A DNA stretch of 61,388 nucleotides, the filler included, from Malassezia furfur (lineage: Eukaryota): the NCBI GenBank assembly GCA_052055015.1. It is 2 parts of 2 records of this genome, joined end to end, with 100 filler letters (N's around TTAATTAATTAA, not from the genome) between each part and the next. Parts side by side here need not be neighbours in the genome. Positions count along the whole stretch, not along the records: positions 1 to 30,727 come from JBQJIT010000098.1; positions 30,828 to 61,388 come from JBQJIT010000099.1. One strand, given 5' to 3'. Numbering within the stretch: position 1 is the stretch's first letter; the number at the start of each line of letters is the position of its first letter. Positions 21,283 through 34,000 of the stretch are shown here, piece after piece. Position numbers and translations under genes: made by a program. The notes under the pieces were generated by a model that saw only the letters and a program-made list of their open reading frames with translations, was not told the DNA's origin and made no database searches.

Positions 21283-23793
21283 ATGGCCATGGCGTGGCGC
21301 GCAGCGATGTTGGCCTCCCTGCGGCGCAGCGCGGCCGCGCAGCGCGGCACGCGCGCGCTCACCACGGCGCGCATTGCTCGCGCCGAGTCACGCACTATTC
21401 CGATTCCAGCACAGCCGACCGGCGTTGCGCAACTGCTCAACGACGCGTGCTCGAACGAAGCCGGCGCCTACCTCGCGGCGCGCGACAGCAAAGGCCAGCC
21501 TGTGTCATTGCATGCGCAAATCGGTGGGGAGAAGGACGCACAATCCATTACATTCCTTCCCTTCGAGTCCAAAGACAAGCTCGCGCAACGCTCCATGTGG
21601 ATTTCGGCGGCGTACCTCTTGAGCGCTGCACTGGACACTGTGTGCGATGGACGCATCATGACCAGCACGCCCACCGTCACATCCAACAGCGGCGACCGGA
21701 TTGATGCCACGTCGGGCTTTTCGCTCGAGGCACTCCAGAGTGCGCCCCCGGAACCGATCACGTACGGCGCCGATGCTCAAGCGGCGGCGTCAAACGTCGC
21801 TGCGGCGCTTGCTGATGCCTTCGCCCATGCTCATACCCCAAAACTTGCCAAGGGCGATAAAGAACTCCTGGAGAAGGAGATGAAGCGCCTTAGCAGCGCG
21901 AACCATGACTTTATTCTCGAAGAGGTGCCGTGGGAAGCGGCTTGGGCCCTGTTCGCACGCAATCCTCTTAAACTTGACGCACTCTTGCGTTTCGCGCGCA
22001 TGCGCGGGGAGGAGCGGCCTCATATACCTTTGGTACGTCTAAGCAAGACGTCGTTTGTCGATCTTGCGCCCTGGGACTGCGAGGACGCTGTCGTGCTACG
22101 CCGTACCAAGCCGATCAAGGCCAGCAAAGTACTCCTCAGCGCTGCGGCGTCGCTGCCAGCTGACTGGGCGAGCCTTGCACCCAATGCAGGGCAAGTTTTG
22201 CTACGTGTGCGCGGGATTGCATTCCCCAATGCGGCCGACTTGCAGCACTATGCCCAACAGATTGCCGAGATGGAAAAGGCTGACCACCGCCTACTGGGTC
22301 TGGCCCAGGGCCTGTTCTTTGCCCATGACTCTTCACCGGGCAGTCCGTTTGTGATGGTGCATGGGATGCGCCTCATTCGTAAAGTTGAGCGCGCTATCCG
22401 CGACTTATACGACGTGTTCGGGTACGAAGAAGTGCAGACGCCGCAGCTGTATCGCAGCTCGCTGTGGAAACAGAGTGGGCATTGGGACAAGTACCGCGAA
22501 GACATGTTTAGCGCGCAGGGCTTTGCGGAGGAGGCGGCTGCGTCACGCGGGTGCTGCGGCGCCCATGACGCGCAATCGCACCTCTTTGGCCTGAAACCGA
22601 TGAACTGCCCAGGGCATTGTGTGCTCTTTGCGCACCAGCCGCGCTCCTATCGCGAGCTGCCGATGCGGGTCGCCGAATTTAGTCCGCTGCATCGCAATGA
22701 GGCGACCGGCGCCTTGTCCGGTTTGACCCGCGTGCGGCGCTTCCACCAGGATGACGCCCACGTCTTTTGCACACCCGAGCAGGTCTCAACCGAAATCCAG
22801 TCGATGCTGCACATGCTCGCGCTGGCATACGGCGTGTTTGGGTTCGGCAGTCGCTTCGAGCTGGTGCTCTCGACACGCCCGGACAACTACATTGGCGAGA
22901 TTGACGTGTGGAACGCGGCCGAAGCCAGCCTTAAGGAGGCGCTCGACAAGAGCGGACGGCCCTGGTCGCTCAACGAAGGCGACGGTGCCTTTTACGGGCC
23001 CAAGATCGATATCCGGCTCGTGGATGCTATGGGACGCAAGCATCAAACGGCCACGATCCAACTTGATTTCCAGCTGCCTGAGCGCTTCCAGCTGGAATAT
23101 GCACTGCCAGACCCGAACGAGGTGCGTCCGGGGATGCGACCAGGGCATGCACGCCCCGTCATGATCCACCGCGCAATCCTCGGCAGCTTTGAGCGGTTTT
23201 TGGCAATTCTGTTGGAGCAGTGCCGCGGGTGGTGGCCGTTCTGGCTCAGTCCACGCCAGGCGGTAGTCGTGCCGACGTACAGCAGCTCTGACCCCGCGGT
23301 GCAGGAGCGTGTGTCGGCGTATGCACGTCAGGTGCGCCACCAGCTTGCTCGCGGGCTGCACGACGATGCTCAACATCCGAACGGGCCATTCTTGGTACCG
23401 GGGATGGCGCATCATGCGCTCGAGGTGCCAAGCCGCACGCGCTTCTTTGTTGAGCTGCCGCCTCACTACCTCGAGCCCGCCGGCGAGACGCTTGGGAAAA
23501 AGGTGCGCCAAGCGCAGCTGAATCGCTTCAATTTCATCGTGATTGTTGGACAGCAAGAGGCCGAGCAGGGCACAGTCAGTGTGCGGATCCGCGACGAGCG
23601 CCATGCGCCTGCCTGGCACACATCGGTCGACAGCGCACCGGGTGTGCCGCAGGCCAAGGTACAGGATATGGTGCTCTCGGCGATCCGTGCCACGTTCCCA
23701 GACAAGCCGCTTGGCACAGGCGTCGACCTGGGGACATGGCGCGTGGAGGAGCTCCGCCGCCTGTTCTGTGTCTTGGATGCGCTCCACGTATAG
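21283..23793 (+). CDS. MST1: Mitochondrial threonyl-tRNA synthetase
   Basis: Presequence at ATG 21283, then LKPMNCPGH, HRNE..GLTRVRRFHQDDAH, GAFYGPKID, IHRAILGSFER. The ORF-track extension to 20239 is antisense to the lactonase. Confidence 0.9.
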   Translation: MAMAWRAAMLASLRRSAAAQRGTRALTTARIARAESRTIPIPAQPTGVAQLLNDACSNEAGAYLAARDSKGQPVSLHAQIGGEKDAQSITFLPFESKDKLAQRSMWISAAYLLSAALDTVCDGRIMTSTPTVTSNSGDRIDATSGFSLEALQSAPPEPITYGADAQAAASNVAAALADAFAHAHTPKLAKGDKELLEKEMKRLSSANHDFILEEVPWEAAWALFARNPLKLDALLRFARMRGEERPHIPLVRLSKTSFVDLAPWDCEDAVVLRRTKPIKASKVLLSAAASLPADWASLAPNAGQVLLRVRGIAFPNAADLQHYAQQIAEMEKADHRLLGLAQGLFFAHDSSPGSPFVMVHGMRLIRKVERAIRDLYDVFGYEEVQTPQLYRSSLWKQSGHWDKYREDMFSAQGFAEEAAASRGCCGAHDAQSHLFGLKPMNCPGHCVLFAHQPRSYRELPMRVAEFSPLHRNEATGALSGLTRVRRFHQDDAHVFCTPEQVSTEIQSMLHMLALAYGVFGFGSRFELVLSTRPDNYIGEIDVWNAAEASLKEALDKSGRPWSLNEGDGAFYGPKIDIRLVDAMGRKHQTATIQLDFQLPERFQLEYALPDPNEVRPGMRPGHARPVMIHRAILGSFERFLAILLEQCRGWWPFWLSPRQAVVVPTYSSSDPAVQERVSAYARQVRHQLARGLHDDAQHPNGPFLVPGMAHHALEVPSRTRFFVELPPHYLEPAGETLGKKVRQAQLNRFNFIVIVGQQEAEQGTVSVRIRDERHAPAWHTSVDSAPGVPQAKVQDMVLSAIRATFPDKPLGTGVDLGTWRVEELRRLFCVLDALHV

Positions 23794-24794
23794 TTAGCCG
23801 TACCAGGCAGTGGTGCCGGTCGGTGCTTGGTAGCGACGTGTCGGGATCATGGGCTCGGTCACATTGTACAATGCACACAAGTCACGCCACGTCGCCTCGT
23901 CGAGCTTGAGGACAATCTGGCGCCGCGTCAGACCAGCACTGCGATCCTCCTCGGTCGGCTCGTAGGAGCTCATTAGTCGTGGGTCGCCGTCCTCGTCCTC
24001 AATGATTGCTGCTTTCCCGTCGCGAATCAGAAAGCTGATGTAGAACAGGTTTTCCACCGTGTTGCTAAAACTCTCGGGGTTGAAGGCGAAGCGGAACAGG
24101 CACACGCCTTCCTCGCCTGACACCGCTTCGAGCCGGGAGGCAATGTCGAGCACCATGCGCGAGGTCTCGTTTTCGGACTGCGTAATGTCGTGTGCGTCCA
24201 GCTGCTGCGGCGCAGCTTGCTCTGCGTCCGCCTCGAGCCGCGTGGTGCGCGCCGCTTTGCGGTGTTTCGGCACGACTTGCAGCGGCCCTAGCAGGAACTC
24301 GGGGATGGGGGCGCGCCGCGTGTACTGCGCTGCAACCGACCCAAGCTTGTCCCAGTCCCAGAGTTCGGTATCACCTGATGCCAGGGCATCGTCATCGCCG
24401 CGCGCGTGTCGCCGGCTGCTCACGACATGGCCGCCAATGAACTGCGCGACGCGGTGCATATAGTCGTCCATATCGAACGCGTCGGCTCCGATGCGCCGCG
24501 TGCGTGTCATTTCAGCGCCCATATCAGACATGCTCAGCAGGAAGCGCGAGTCAAGCAGGCTGTCGGACGGTGCCTTGACTACGGTGAGCGCATTAACGAC
24601 GTACCTTTGGTGTACAGCTCGTCACCGAGGCGCACCATATCCCCCACATCGGCGATCGAGCTCTCGGGCAGGTGTCGCCGCGTGTTCTGCGCCGAGGCGA
24701 GCAGCGCCCGGTACTCGCGACGGAGCTCGCGCTGCTCCGACGCGTCCGGGCGCGGCTCGTACGCAAACGCGTCGACGTCCGACGCGCCGCTCAT
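23794..24794 (-). CDS. NSE4: SMC5/6 kleisin subunit Nse4
   Basis: LRREYRAL, LLDSRFL (after 26-nt intron 24604-24579), FNPESFSNTVENLFYISFLIRDG. Confidence 0.9.
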
Positions 24795-24875
24795 GGTGGA
24801 GGGATGAGGTAAGCCGAGCCAGCACGAGCCACCTAGGAAGAGAGGTAGGGGGTGGGGGGCGGGGGTATGACGACG

Positions 24876-27233
24876 CTACCGACGTATGAGACGCGCGACC
24901 ATTTCGCGCTCACGCAGCCGCTTTGATGCAGCCTCTGTGCCACCCGGCTGCGTGGTGTAGTATTGGACGAGCTTGTCTAGGATGCTCGCAACCTTGGTGG
25001 GCTGCGCCTGGGGGAACTTTTGGTTGCGCGCCAGCGGCGACAAGGCATACTCAGAGATGGACTCCGACAAGACCACTGCGAGCGTCTGGCGCACCTGGCC
25101 AAATACCCCGTCCATGCCTTCGATATGGAGCGACTTGGCAAATTGATACAGGTAGGTGATGTCGAGCTCGAAGTTGATCAGCCCATTCACATTGATCATG
25201 CGTACGTCACGGTCCAACAGCACGGCATTGAGCAGGCGACTCGTGATGTGCATGAAACATGACGTGAACGTCGCGGCCTTGGCCTCGGGCGAAAGCAGCA
25301 CAAGCGCCGATTCCATCATCGTCGACAGCCAGTCCATCATGTCCACAATGTAGCTCGAAGCATGTGCCTGGTCGTCGCGCTTGGGCACCGCCGGTGTCCA
25401 GTCGTACTCGAGTAGGTCGAGGAATTGATCGAGCTTGACAAAGAGCGCCGTATCAATACGCTTCTGGGCGACCTCAAGCGTGCCGGCGAGGTGGTGTGAT
25501 GCCTCCAAATCGAGGCGTCCGCCGCCCTTCGGGTTGCGCGAGTTTGCCAGCCACACTTCGAGCTCGGAGCAGGCGAGCTGGAAGTGCTCGACGTTGACGA
25601 TGATCTGCGCAATCTGGCTCAGGTTGTGCGACTGCTCGACAGTTGCGCGAATATGGACGCTGATCTGCTGCACGAGCAGCTCGTCGAGCGACTGCTTTAG
25701 GATCGAGTCAATCTCGCGGTGGTACTGTGTGAAGCCGCTGGAAAAGTTGTAATACTGTTCCACCAGGTTGCGGATGTCCATACAGCACAGCGGGTAGGTC
25801 TGCGAAAAAGGCAACGACAGGGGAAACGGCTGCCTCTGCAGCGCCTCGACCTCGCTCGGCTTGAGCCAGCATACATTCAGCACCTTGGCGAGCTCGTCCT
25901 TATCGTTCACCAGCATCGGCTGGTGCTGCGCCTCGCGGATTGCCTGGTGGAAGTCGTTGGCAAAGCGCTTGCGCAGCAGCTCGGCAAAACGCTTGAACAG
26001 GTTGAGCAGCAGCGCATTCAAACGGCCCACGCCAAACTCAAGGCTCTCGAGCGTGCGGATAAATGTCTGCACAGCAGACTTGGTCTCGACGTACACCTTC
26101 GAATCCTGGCAGTCGCGCAGGCCCAGGTTCACCATGTCGACGACGCGCTCACACATCGTCTCCCACAGGTCCTCGACTTCGGCAGCCGGACGGAAGCCAG
26201 GCGGAGAGGTGTGCATGACGTGGTTCTCCACCACAAAGAAGCCCACGACCTCTTCCAGCAGGGTGATCAGCGCGCGGCTGCCCTTTTGGATGACGAGGTT
26301 CTGCGAAAGGAGCAGATTGGCCTGCGCCTTGCGGTCTTCTTGGTAGTTGGTTTGGAGCTTTTCGCGCTGGTCCAGCACCTCGTAGATATGAATGCACTGG
26401 TACAGCGGCTTAAAGTCGACCTGCACCCGCTCGTTGTCGAGGAAGTTGACGTCGATCTTTTCGTTGACGACCTGCTCGATTGGCGAGTTGATCGACGACA
26501 TCCGCAGCATCGGGTCTTTTTGGCTGCGGTGCCGCCAGCGCTGCTGCCGCGCCTCCATCGTCTCGAGCGCCACGCGGCCAATCGCGCCGCTCTTTTCGCG
26601 CACGTCGTACATCCAGCCCTTCATTTCCTTGGTGACCTCGAGGCGGATTCGCTCGCGAATTTCGGGGATACTGTCGCGCAGCATGCGCGCAAACTCGAGG
26701 TGCATCAGCGGCTTGAGATGAATGTTGCCCAGCTCGTCCAGCCGGCGGAGCGCGGAATAGTACTTGCGCTGCTGAATGAGGTCCTCAACCAACACGCTCA
26801 GCTCCAACACATGCATGCACTCCTGCAGCGACTCAAGCGCCTCGTCAACGTTTTGAATGGTCTTTTGCTTGTCGATCAGGTCCCGCTTCTTGGTGCTCAG
26901 CGCATGCCCGCTCGTCTGGATCTCCTGGTCGAGCTCGTTGATTCGGTGTTTGAGCGAGACCGTGCCCGAGCGCACAATAAGCAACTGGTCCACAGAGGAT
27001 ACAAACTCTTGGTGGTTCTCGTTGCACACCACCTCAATCTCCTCGTCCTTTTGGCGCACAAACTTGCGCAGGTGCCGCAGGAACTCGTCCTGCTGCTGTG
27101 CCTCATCAAGGCTTTTGATGATCGGGCCAAGCTGCTCGACATTCTCTGGATTCGAATCAATGTCACTCAGCAGCGTCAGCTGCTGCAGCTGCGCCTCGAG
27201 CGACACATGCGCCGCACGGCCTTTCCGCGCCAT
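24876..27233 (-). CDS. SEC15: Exocyst subunit Sec15
   Basis: EQLGPIIK, VDFKPLYQCIHIY, LPFSQTYPLCC, QIAQIIVNVEHF. Confidence 0.92.
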   Translation of the reverse strand: MARKGRAAHVSLEAQLQQLTLLSDIDSNPENVEQLGPIIKSLDEAQQQDEFLRHLRKFVRQKDEEIEVVCNENHQEFVSSVDQLLIVRSGTVSLKHRINELDQEIQTSGHALSTKKRDLIDKQKTIQNVDEALESLQECMHVLELSVLVEDLIQQRKYYSALRRLDELGNIHLKPLMHLEFARMLRDSIPEIRERIRLEVTKEMKGWMYDVREKSGAIGRVALETMEARQQRWRHRSQKDPMLRMSSINSPIEQVVNEKIDVNFLDNERVQVDFKPLYQCIHIYEVLDQREKLQTNYQEDRKAQANLLLSQNLVIQKGSRALITLLEEVVGFFVVENHVMHTSPPGFRPAAEVEDLWETMCERVVDMVNLGLRDCQDSKVYVETKSAVQTFIRTLESLEFGVGRLNALLLNLFKRFAELLRKRFANDFHQAIREAQHQPMLVNDKDELAKVLNVCWLKPSEVEALQRQPFPLSLPFSQTYPLCCMDIRNLVEQYYNFSSGFTQYHREIDSILKQSLDELLVQQISVHIRATVEQSHNLSQIAQIIVNVEHFQLACSELEVWLANSRNPKGGGRLDLEASHHLAGTLEVAQKRIDTALFVKLDQFLDLLEYDWTPAVPKRDDQAHASSYIVDMMDWLSTMMESALVLLSPEAKAATFTSCFMHITSRLLNAVLLDRDVRMINVNGLINFELDITYLYQFAKSLHIEGMDGVFGQVRQTLAVVLSESISEYALSPLARNQKFPQAQPTKVASILDKLVQYYTTQPGGTEAASKRLREREMVARLIRR

Positions 27234-27282
27234 CACCACGGACGCCTGTGGGGAAGGCGGAACGTCACGTGGTCCACTTACG

Positions 27283-29093
27283 ATGGACGGTGCGCCTAAG
27301 CGCCGGCGCGCCGGCGACGAGGAGGAGTTTGTGTACACTTATGACGACGATACCTACCAGCCGTATATCCCGGTGAAGCAGCGTAAGCAGCAGACAATTG
27401 AGCGGCTAGGCTTGCGCGCGCGCGCGCCGCGCAAAGAGCCCGACGAGGCGGAGGAAGTAACGCCGCCGCCCGTGCATACCTTGCTCCAGGAGGCGCAGGA
27501 ACTGCGCGAGAAGCAGCGTGCACAGGGCCATGAACCCACGCAGGCAGAGAGGGAGGCAGAGGAGGAGCGCAGAATCCTTGAGGCGCACAAGGCCCACAAA
27601 AAACTGGCGTCGCATGCGGAATTAGCTCAGGGCATTCAGTACACCGACCCGCTGCGTCGCAGTTGGACGCCACCGCGGTTTGTACGTGCACGGTCGGCAG
27701 ATCACCATGATGCCATCCGGCAGCAGCACCATATCCTCGCCGACGGAGACCGCATCCCTCCGCCGATTGCCCACTTTCGCGATATGAAACTACCGCCGTG
27801 CATCCTGGCTTACCTTGCGCAGAAGAACATTCACACCCCTTCGCCAATCCAGATTCAGGGGCTTCCTACTGTCCTATCTGGTCGCGATATGATTGGCATC
27901 GCCTTTACTGGGAGCGGCAAGACCATCACCTTTACGCTCCCCCTCGTCCTCTTTGCAGCCGAGGCCGAAGCGCGGCTGCCCTTTGATGCTAGCGACGGGC
28001 CGCTCGGCTTGATTTTGTGCCCTTCTCGCGAGTTGGCACGACAGACGTACGACAATGTGCTGGCCATGGCCGAGGCCCTCGAGCAGGCCGGGTACGCGCG
28101 CGTCAAAGCGTTGCTATGCATTGGTGGCATCTCCATGTCGGAGCAGGCGCACACACTGCGCTCCGGCTTCCACATTGTTGTGGCTACTCCAGGACGGCTA
28201 CAGGATCTACTCGAGCAGGGACGGTTCTCGCTGGCATCGTGCAACTACGTGTGTCTGGACGAGGCGGACCGCATGATGGAGGGCAGCTTTGAGGAGAATG
28301 TGCGCAACATCCTCGATTTTTTGCAGCGGCAGCGCCAAACGCTGCTCTTCTCAGCGACCATGCCCAAAAAGATCCTCGACTTTGCCGAACAGTCGCTCGT
28401 GCAGCCCGTGGTGGTGAACGTGGGCCGCGCAGGCGCCGCTAGCCTGGACGTGATTCAGGAGGTGGAGTGGGTCGCACCCGAGACCAAGATGGCGGCGCTG
28501 CTCGAGGTGCTGCAGAAGACGGCGCCGCCCGTGATTATCTTTAGCGACAACAAGAACGAGGTGGACGACATCCTCGAGTTTCTGTTGCGCAAGGGCATCG
28601 ATGCCGTATCGATCCATGGATCTAAGACGCAGGAGGAGCGCGAGTATGCTATCTCCACATTTAAGCGCGGTAAGCGCGACGTGATGGTCGCGAGCGGCGT
28701 CGCGAGCAAGGGCCTCGACTTTTCCCAAATCCAGCACGTCATCAACTATACCATGCCCAAAGACATTGAGGATTACGTGCACCAGATTGGGCGAACAGGG
28801 CGCAGCGGCAAGACGGGCATCGCCACGACGTTTGTGCACAAAGGTGTACCGGAACCCACGCTACTCGATCTCAAGTATCTGCTCCTGGAAGCGAAGCAGC
28901 GGTACGTCTCTTGACTCACCTCAGGATCCCACCATTTCTTTTGGAGATCGAAGACAATCGTGCCTCGCTCGGCACCCACATGGGGTGTGCGTACTGCGGC
29001 GGCCTCGGGCACACCATCAAGCACTGCCCCAAACTCGAAGAAACCCAACGCCGCGCTACGTCGCACATCGGCCGCGATAGCGGCGGCTATTAA
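27283..29093 (+). CDS. DDX41: DEAD-box RNA helicase DDX41/Abstrakt
   Basis: GIAFTGSGKT, DEAD, SAT, VASKGLDF, C-terminal zinc knuckle CAYCGGLGHTIKHC. 23-nt intron 28902-28924. Confidence 0.92.
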
Positions 29094-29108
29094 CCCTATC
29101 CCTGGCCG

Positions 29109-29746
<638 letters not shown>

Positions 29747-29762
29747 CTATCACGTGATCATC

Positions 29763-30727
29763 ATGGCCCCCGCGCCGCTCACGCTGCACCAGCGGTGCTG
29801 CGTCGCGAAGCTCGGCGCGGGCGAGGTGTTGTTCGTGGGGCAGACGTCGTTTGCGCCAGGGCTCTGGATTGGTGTACAGCTGGATGCGCCCGTGGGAAAG
29901 AACGACGGGTCCGTGCAGGGGAAACGCTATTTCCACGCCGAACCCAACTATGGTGTGTTTGTGCGGCCCAGTCAAGTGGACGTTGCAGGCATCGCCGATA
30001 CGCCGCGCACGCCACGCGCACCCTCAAGAGAGCCAGGAACAAGCGTGCCGCGCACCGAGCCGCAGCCATCCCGGCTTTGGACGCCCGAAACACGCCCACG
30101 CGTTGCGGCGCCGTCCAGCGTCGGACGCTCCAGCACGCAGGAAAGCCCGACGATGCGCGCCGCAGACCGCGCCCGCGCTGCATTGCACCGTCCAGCCGCA
30201 CGTGCAAGTCCAGCTGGCGTACCTGTGCCGCGGGCGCCTGTGACGCCGGGGGCGACGGCGAGGGGCCCACTCGTGCCGCGCACGGCCGCCCGCCCCGTTG
30301 CGTCGGAGCGCACGCGCACCAGCGTGCCGACGGCGCGTGAAGCGGTGGGAACATCTACATTGGCCCACGGCGTACACGACTCGCCCAGCACTGCGCGTAC
30401 GCGCCTGGCTACGCCCGCTCGCGGTGCGACAGCGCGCCCAGCGCCCAGCAGCGCCCGCCGCCCGCTGCCCGGCACGAACGCCATAGGCACAGGGATCCGC
30501 ACGCCGCGCCCTGCGCCGACCATGCCAGGCTCGCCCATGCGTCGCGCGGTGGCTACGAGCCCCGAAGGGCGCGATACGGTGTCTTCGTCGAGCGCCGCCA
30601 CGGAGCGGATTGCCGCGCTCGTCGAGCAGTTGCGACATGCCGAGGCGCGGTGTGCAGATGCCGAGCGCCGTGCGACTGAAGATGCTTCGGCAGCGGCGGC
30701 GGCGCGCGCGGCGGCCGAGGCGGCCGA
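29763..30727 (+). CDS. CAP-Gly protein, probably dynactin p150Glued, truncated by assembly gap
   Basis: FVGQTSFAPGLWIGVQLDAPVGKNDGSVQGKRYF..GVFVRP, basic Pro-rich linker, start of a coiled coil. Confidence 0.75.
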
Positions 30728-30827
30728 NNNNNNNNNNNNNNNNNNNNNNNNNNNNNNNNNNNNNNNNNNNNTTAATTAATTAANNNNNNNNNNNNNNNNN
30801 NNNNNNNNNNNNNNNNNNNNNNNNNNN
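30728..30827. other. Assembly gap with artificial all-frame-stop linker TTAATTAATTAA
   Basis: N runs flank TTAATTAATTAA at 30772-30783. Confidence 0.97.
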
Positions 30828-31006
30828 CTGCGCGCCGGGGTACATGACGAGCCGCCCGTCGTTCGACGGCGCGCGGCGCGACGCGGGCGCCGCACGCCGC
30901 CAAGCGCGAGGCGGACGCACCGACAGATGCCGCGGAAGCACCTGAGGCTGCGCAAGTCGCGCCAGATGCGCTGGTCGCACCTCCCGCACCGTGGCCGCCG
31001 GCGCTC

Positions 31007-34000
31007 ATGGAGCTCGGCAAGACCTTTCGTGTACGTCACCTTCTGACGCAGGCGCTGTGCACCGTGTACACGTTTTGCTCTGCACACAAACAGCTCCTCA
31101 CCTCCTTTGATACGATCCGCAACGGCGTCGAGGCACTCACTCGGGCGTACGTTTCTCGCACTCACCCCAGCGCGCTGCGGGTCGAGGACCTGGCACAGAT
31201 CAAAGCCGTGTGCCCCGAACTGCTCGACATTGCCTATGTTCCTACAGCAAGCGTGCGAGATGCTGACAAGAAACGTAAGCGTGACGACGACGTCTATGCC
31301 CCTCCAGATGCGCAGGCCCCCGAGTACACGTTGCTCGTCGAGTTCACCGACGGCACCGTCGACACGGGCAAAATGTCGCGCCATGGCGTGCACCCTCCCA
31401 AGGTTGCGCCCGAGCATGCGACGCGTGCGCTGATTGAGCGACGCAACGACACGTTCCGGCGTGCCGTCGATACCCTGGTCGCTGCGAGCAACGAGGCGGT
31501 ACGTGCGCCGCTGACCCAGCACACGGACGCCGTGGCACTTGTCCGGGAGGCGAGCCACCAATACATCCCCGTACGCCCTGGCGAGGTGCCGGCCGACCAC
31601 GAGCGGCGTGTCCAGCGTGCGCGTCTCGCGGAATGGGAAGCCAACCCGGCGTCGAAGCCGAGTGTGCGCGCGGTGCTTGCCGCACTGCCCGAGCAGCCAT
31701 GGTGGCGCGAGCAGATTGTTCCGGGCGGGCGGCGGACGTTTGAAGCACGGGCAGCGCAGTACGCGATGCCGGATAGGCCGCTGCGTGCCGAAATTGCCGA
31801 GGCAATCGAACATGCCCATGGCATCACGCAGCTGTACACGCACCAGGCGCGCGCGGTGAGTGCGATGCAGCGGGGTCAGCACGTCGTGGTGTCGACCGGG
31901 ACATCGTCGGGTAAGTCCCTCGTGTACCAGATCCCGATCGCCACGGCGCTGCTAGACGATGCGGCAGCCACCGCACTGTGCATCTTCCCCACCAAGGCGC
32001 TGACGCAAGACCAGCGGCAGTCCCTTGAGCGCGTGCTGTTTGCCTGTGGCCTAAACGCAACGGTCGCCACGTACGACGGAGATACGCCGCGCGACGCGCG
32101 CCGTGAGATCCGCACATCGGCGCGCGTGCTGTTCACCAACCCCGACATGTTGCACCAGTCCATCTTGCCGCACGAGGAGGCGTGGCGCCGCTTCTTCCGT
32201 GGGCTACGCATCGTTGTCGTCGACGAGGTGCACGTATACACAGGGACGTTTGGCGTGCACGTCGCGCTTATCCTGCGCCGTCTCCGCCGCGTGTGTGCGG
32301 CACTCGGCAACGACCAGCTGCAGTTCGTAAGCTGCAGTGCGACGATCGCCAACCCGGCAGTGCACATGGCGACACTCCTGGCGCTTGCGCCCGACGAGGT
32401 CGCCAGCGTCGAGGAGGACGGCTCGCCGTGCGGTGCCAAGGAGTGGGTCGTGTGGAACCCGCCCGAGGTGGATCCGGATGCGCTCGTCGGCCCTCGCGTC
32501 AGTGCGTACACCGAGGTGTCGCGCGTGTTCCGGCACCTGCTCCTACACGGCCTGCGTACGATTGTCTTTGCCAAGGTGCGCCGCACGTGCGAGATCATCG
32601 TACGCCAGGTGCGCGAGGACCTGGCGCGCGACGGGCACGCGGACCTTGCCGAGCGCGTGCACGGCTACCGTTCGGGCTATTCGCCCGCGGACCGCCGCCG
32701 CCTCGAGCACGCGATGCGCGCCGGCGACGTGCTTGGTCTCGTGGCCACGACGGCGCTCGAGCTCGGCATGGACATTGGGAGCCTCGATGCGGTGGTTTTG
32801 TTTGGCGTGCCGTACTCGGCGGCGAGCATGTACCAGCAGGCCGGTCGTGCAGGCCGGCGGCAGCGCGATGCCCTCGTTGTCGTACTGACCGAGCCGTTTG
32901 CAGTCGACCAATACTGTGCCCAAAACCCCGAGGTGCTGTTTGCCGCGCCCCATGCACCGCTGGTGCTCGACGTGCACAACGAGCTGCTGCTTGTACCGCA
33001 CCTGCAGTGCGCCGCACTCGAGGTGCCGATCTGCGTCACGGACGACGAGCGCTTCTTTGGCCCGCGGCTCGCTGCGCTGTGTGCTGCGCACCTCGAGCGT
33101 GACGGCGCAGGCTACTTTCACTACACAGACGTGCACGGTGCACAGCCGGCGCGGGAGATTTCCATCCGCGGCGCACGCCAGGAGACGTACAAGTACGTCG
33201 ACGCACGCACCGGCACCGTGCTGGAAGAAGTCGAGCTGGAGCGCGTCTTTTTCGAGGCATTCCAAGGTGCCGTCTTCCTGCACCAAGGGCACAGCTACGT
33301 GTGCGACGACATCCTGCACGACCTGCACCTCGCATTGATGCGCCGCGCCGACGTCCTGTACCACACACGCCCGCGCGATCTAACCGACACGGACGCGACA
33401 CAGACGCGGCGCATCCGCACGCTCGAGCACGCCGCCGACGTGCTCGCCTACTTTGGACAGGTCACGCTCACCTCGCGCGTGTGGGGCTACTACAAGGTGG
33501 ACCGCCGCGGTAACATCCTCGACATGGTCGAGGTCGACGCCGCGCCGCTCGTGCGCACTACGCAGGGCCTCTGGATCGACGTGCCGTGGGCGCTTGTGCA
33601 GACCATCGCCGCGCAAGGCGTCAACGCCTCGGCGGCGATCCACGCCGCGGAGCACGCGATTTTGAGCCTCACGCCGCTGTTTGTCGCGAGCGGCACCGAG
33701 GACGTGCGCACCGAGTGCAAGCTCCTCCGCCGAGAAATCGGCGAGCAGCGGCGCGCGACGCAGCGCAAGCGGCCCTCACGCCTGATCTTCTACGACAAGC
33801 CCGGTAACGATGGGGGGACGTGCGCACTGGTGTTTGCGCACCTCGACGCGCTTCTGCGCATCGCACTCTCGGTCATCGAGGCGTGCCCGTGTGCGGATGG
33901 GTGCCCGGGGTGCATCAAAACCACGGCGTGTTCGGGCGATGCCGAAGTCTCGTCCAAGGCGGGCGCAGGCGCTGTGCTTCGTGGACTCCTCGGCCAGCGC

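Noticed and set aside
30728..30827. TTAATTAATTAA palindrome inside N runs
   Set aside because: Artificial contig linker with stops in all frames. True gap size and adjacency of the two sides are unverified, and the truncated dynactin is not a pseudogene.
30844..31006. Apparent frameshift between ATG 30844 and the HRQ1 frame
   Set aside because: It lies within about 100 nt of a contig end in GC-rich sequence, so a base-calling error is more likely than programmed frameshifting.
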